Below are positions 48,396-49,081 of a stretch of 49,081 nt of DNA, piece after piece. The first letter of the stretch is position 1; each line of letters opens with the position of its first letter. The stretch is taken from positions 1 through 49,081 of the forward strand of contig JAZOCO010000043.1 in NCBI GenBank assembly GCA_045596505.1, given 5' to 3'. Origin of the DNA: Eubacteriales bacterium (GTDB lineage Bacteria > Bacillota > Clostridia > Oscillospirales > CAG-272). The translations under genes and the position numbers were made by a program. Below the pieces are notes generated by a model, which was not told the DNA's origin, made no database searches, and saw only the letters and a list, made by a program, of their open reading frames with translations.

Positions 48396-48823
48396 AGCTG
48401 TTGATCATCAACGGACCAAACCTTAATATGCTGGGGCTGCGCGAACCGCAAATTTACGGGAACCGCAGCTACGGGGCGCTTTGCGAATGTATAAAAAAAG
48501 CCGTCGACGAGGCAGGGGCTACGTGCGAGATCTATCAATCCAACCACGAGGGTGCGATCGTAGATAAGATCCAAGCAGCATACGGCAGCTTTGATGGCAT
48601 CGTGATCAATCCCGCCGCCTACACGCACACCAGTGTGGCAATTGCGGACGCACTTTCTGCCGTGGCGATCCCAACGGTTGAGGTGCACATTTCAAACGTG
48701 ATGGAGCGCGAACCGTTCCGCCACCATTCATACGTCGCCCCCGTTGCAAAAAAGACCTATATGGGTCTTGGCTTTGAAGGGTATAAAAAAGCAATACGAT
48801 ATCTTGTGCTGGGGGAGGAATAA
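48392..48823 (+). CDS. aroQ: Type II 3-dehydroquinate dehydratase
   Basis: NGPNLNMLGLREPQIYG, QSNHEG, NPAAYTHTS, EVHISN. Confidence 0.97.
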   Translation: MKLLIINGPNLNMLGLREPQIYGNRSYGALCECIKKAVDEAGATCEIYQSNHEGAIVDKIQAAYGSFDGIVINPAAYTHTSVAIADALSAVAIPTVEVHISNVMEREPFRHHSYVAPVAKKTYMGLGFEGYKKAIRYLVLGEE

Positions 48824-48828
48824 GAAAG

Positions 48829-49081
48829 GGGGCTGCGTCTCATTAGCGCAGCCCCTTCTCAAAAAAGCCGACGGTAGGCTTTTTTGAAGCGCGGAATTTG
48901 CGTTTTTTGACCGAGAAACTGTCAGAAATGATGGCGTTTAGCCATCAAGCAAAAACGACAGGGGTGAGTAGCCGCAAGGGAATCGAACACATAAGGTTTT
49001 CGCCTGCAAATATTTGTCCATCCATCAGCCAAAAGCCTTGTAATATCCGCATATTGCTTCGGCTTTTCGCTTCGTCTTGCC
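48829..49081. mobile_element. Structured intergenic repeat element, copy B (may run off the window end)
   Basis: GGGGCTGCG..CGCAGCCCC hairpin, then 48856-48964 homologous to the reverse complement of 26101-26210, then further hairpins. Confidence 0.7.

Overview
Mostly core chromosome of a Firmicute. Gene content, gene order, SigA-type promoters and SAM-I/FMN riboswitches suggest Clostridia, probably Oscillospirales-like (inference). Bases 1-1460 are the AT-richer end of an element integrated at a duplicated tmRNA 3' end. They hold a small-ORF cassette with convergent consensus promoters and putative integrase arm sites. Next come ssrA, a 1314-aa membrane-anchored protein of unrecognised repeats, smpB, rplM-rpsI, ispE, an AI-2E fusion, htpG, pepD, a divergent mreB, recD2/comF, a frameshifted metK with an S-box, ribU with an FMN riboswitch, the str operon, rbfA/nrnA, pgk-tpiA, mscL and a complete shikimate/Phe/Tyr cluster headed by a TetR gene. 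The most unusual signals are: (1) a dispersed structured intergenic repeat whose two long copies show compensatory base changes, (2) a ~200-bp element bounded by tmRNA-3'-end mimics, (3) the sense/antisense small-ORF cassette, (4) the giant repeat protein between smpB and ssrA, (5) three predicted pseudo-enzymes, and (6) an S12 K87R-type allele. All calls come from reading the sequence and ORF track; no database searches were run.
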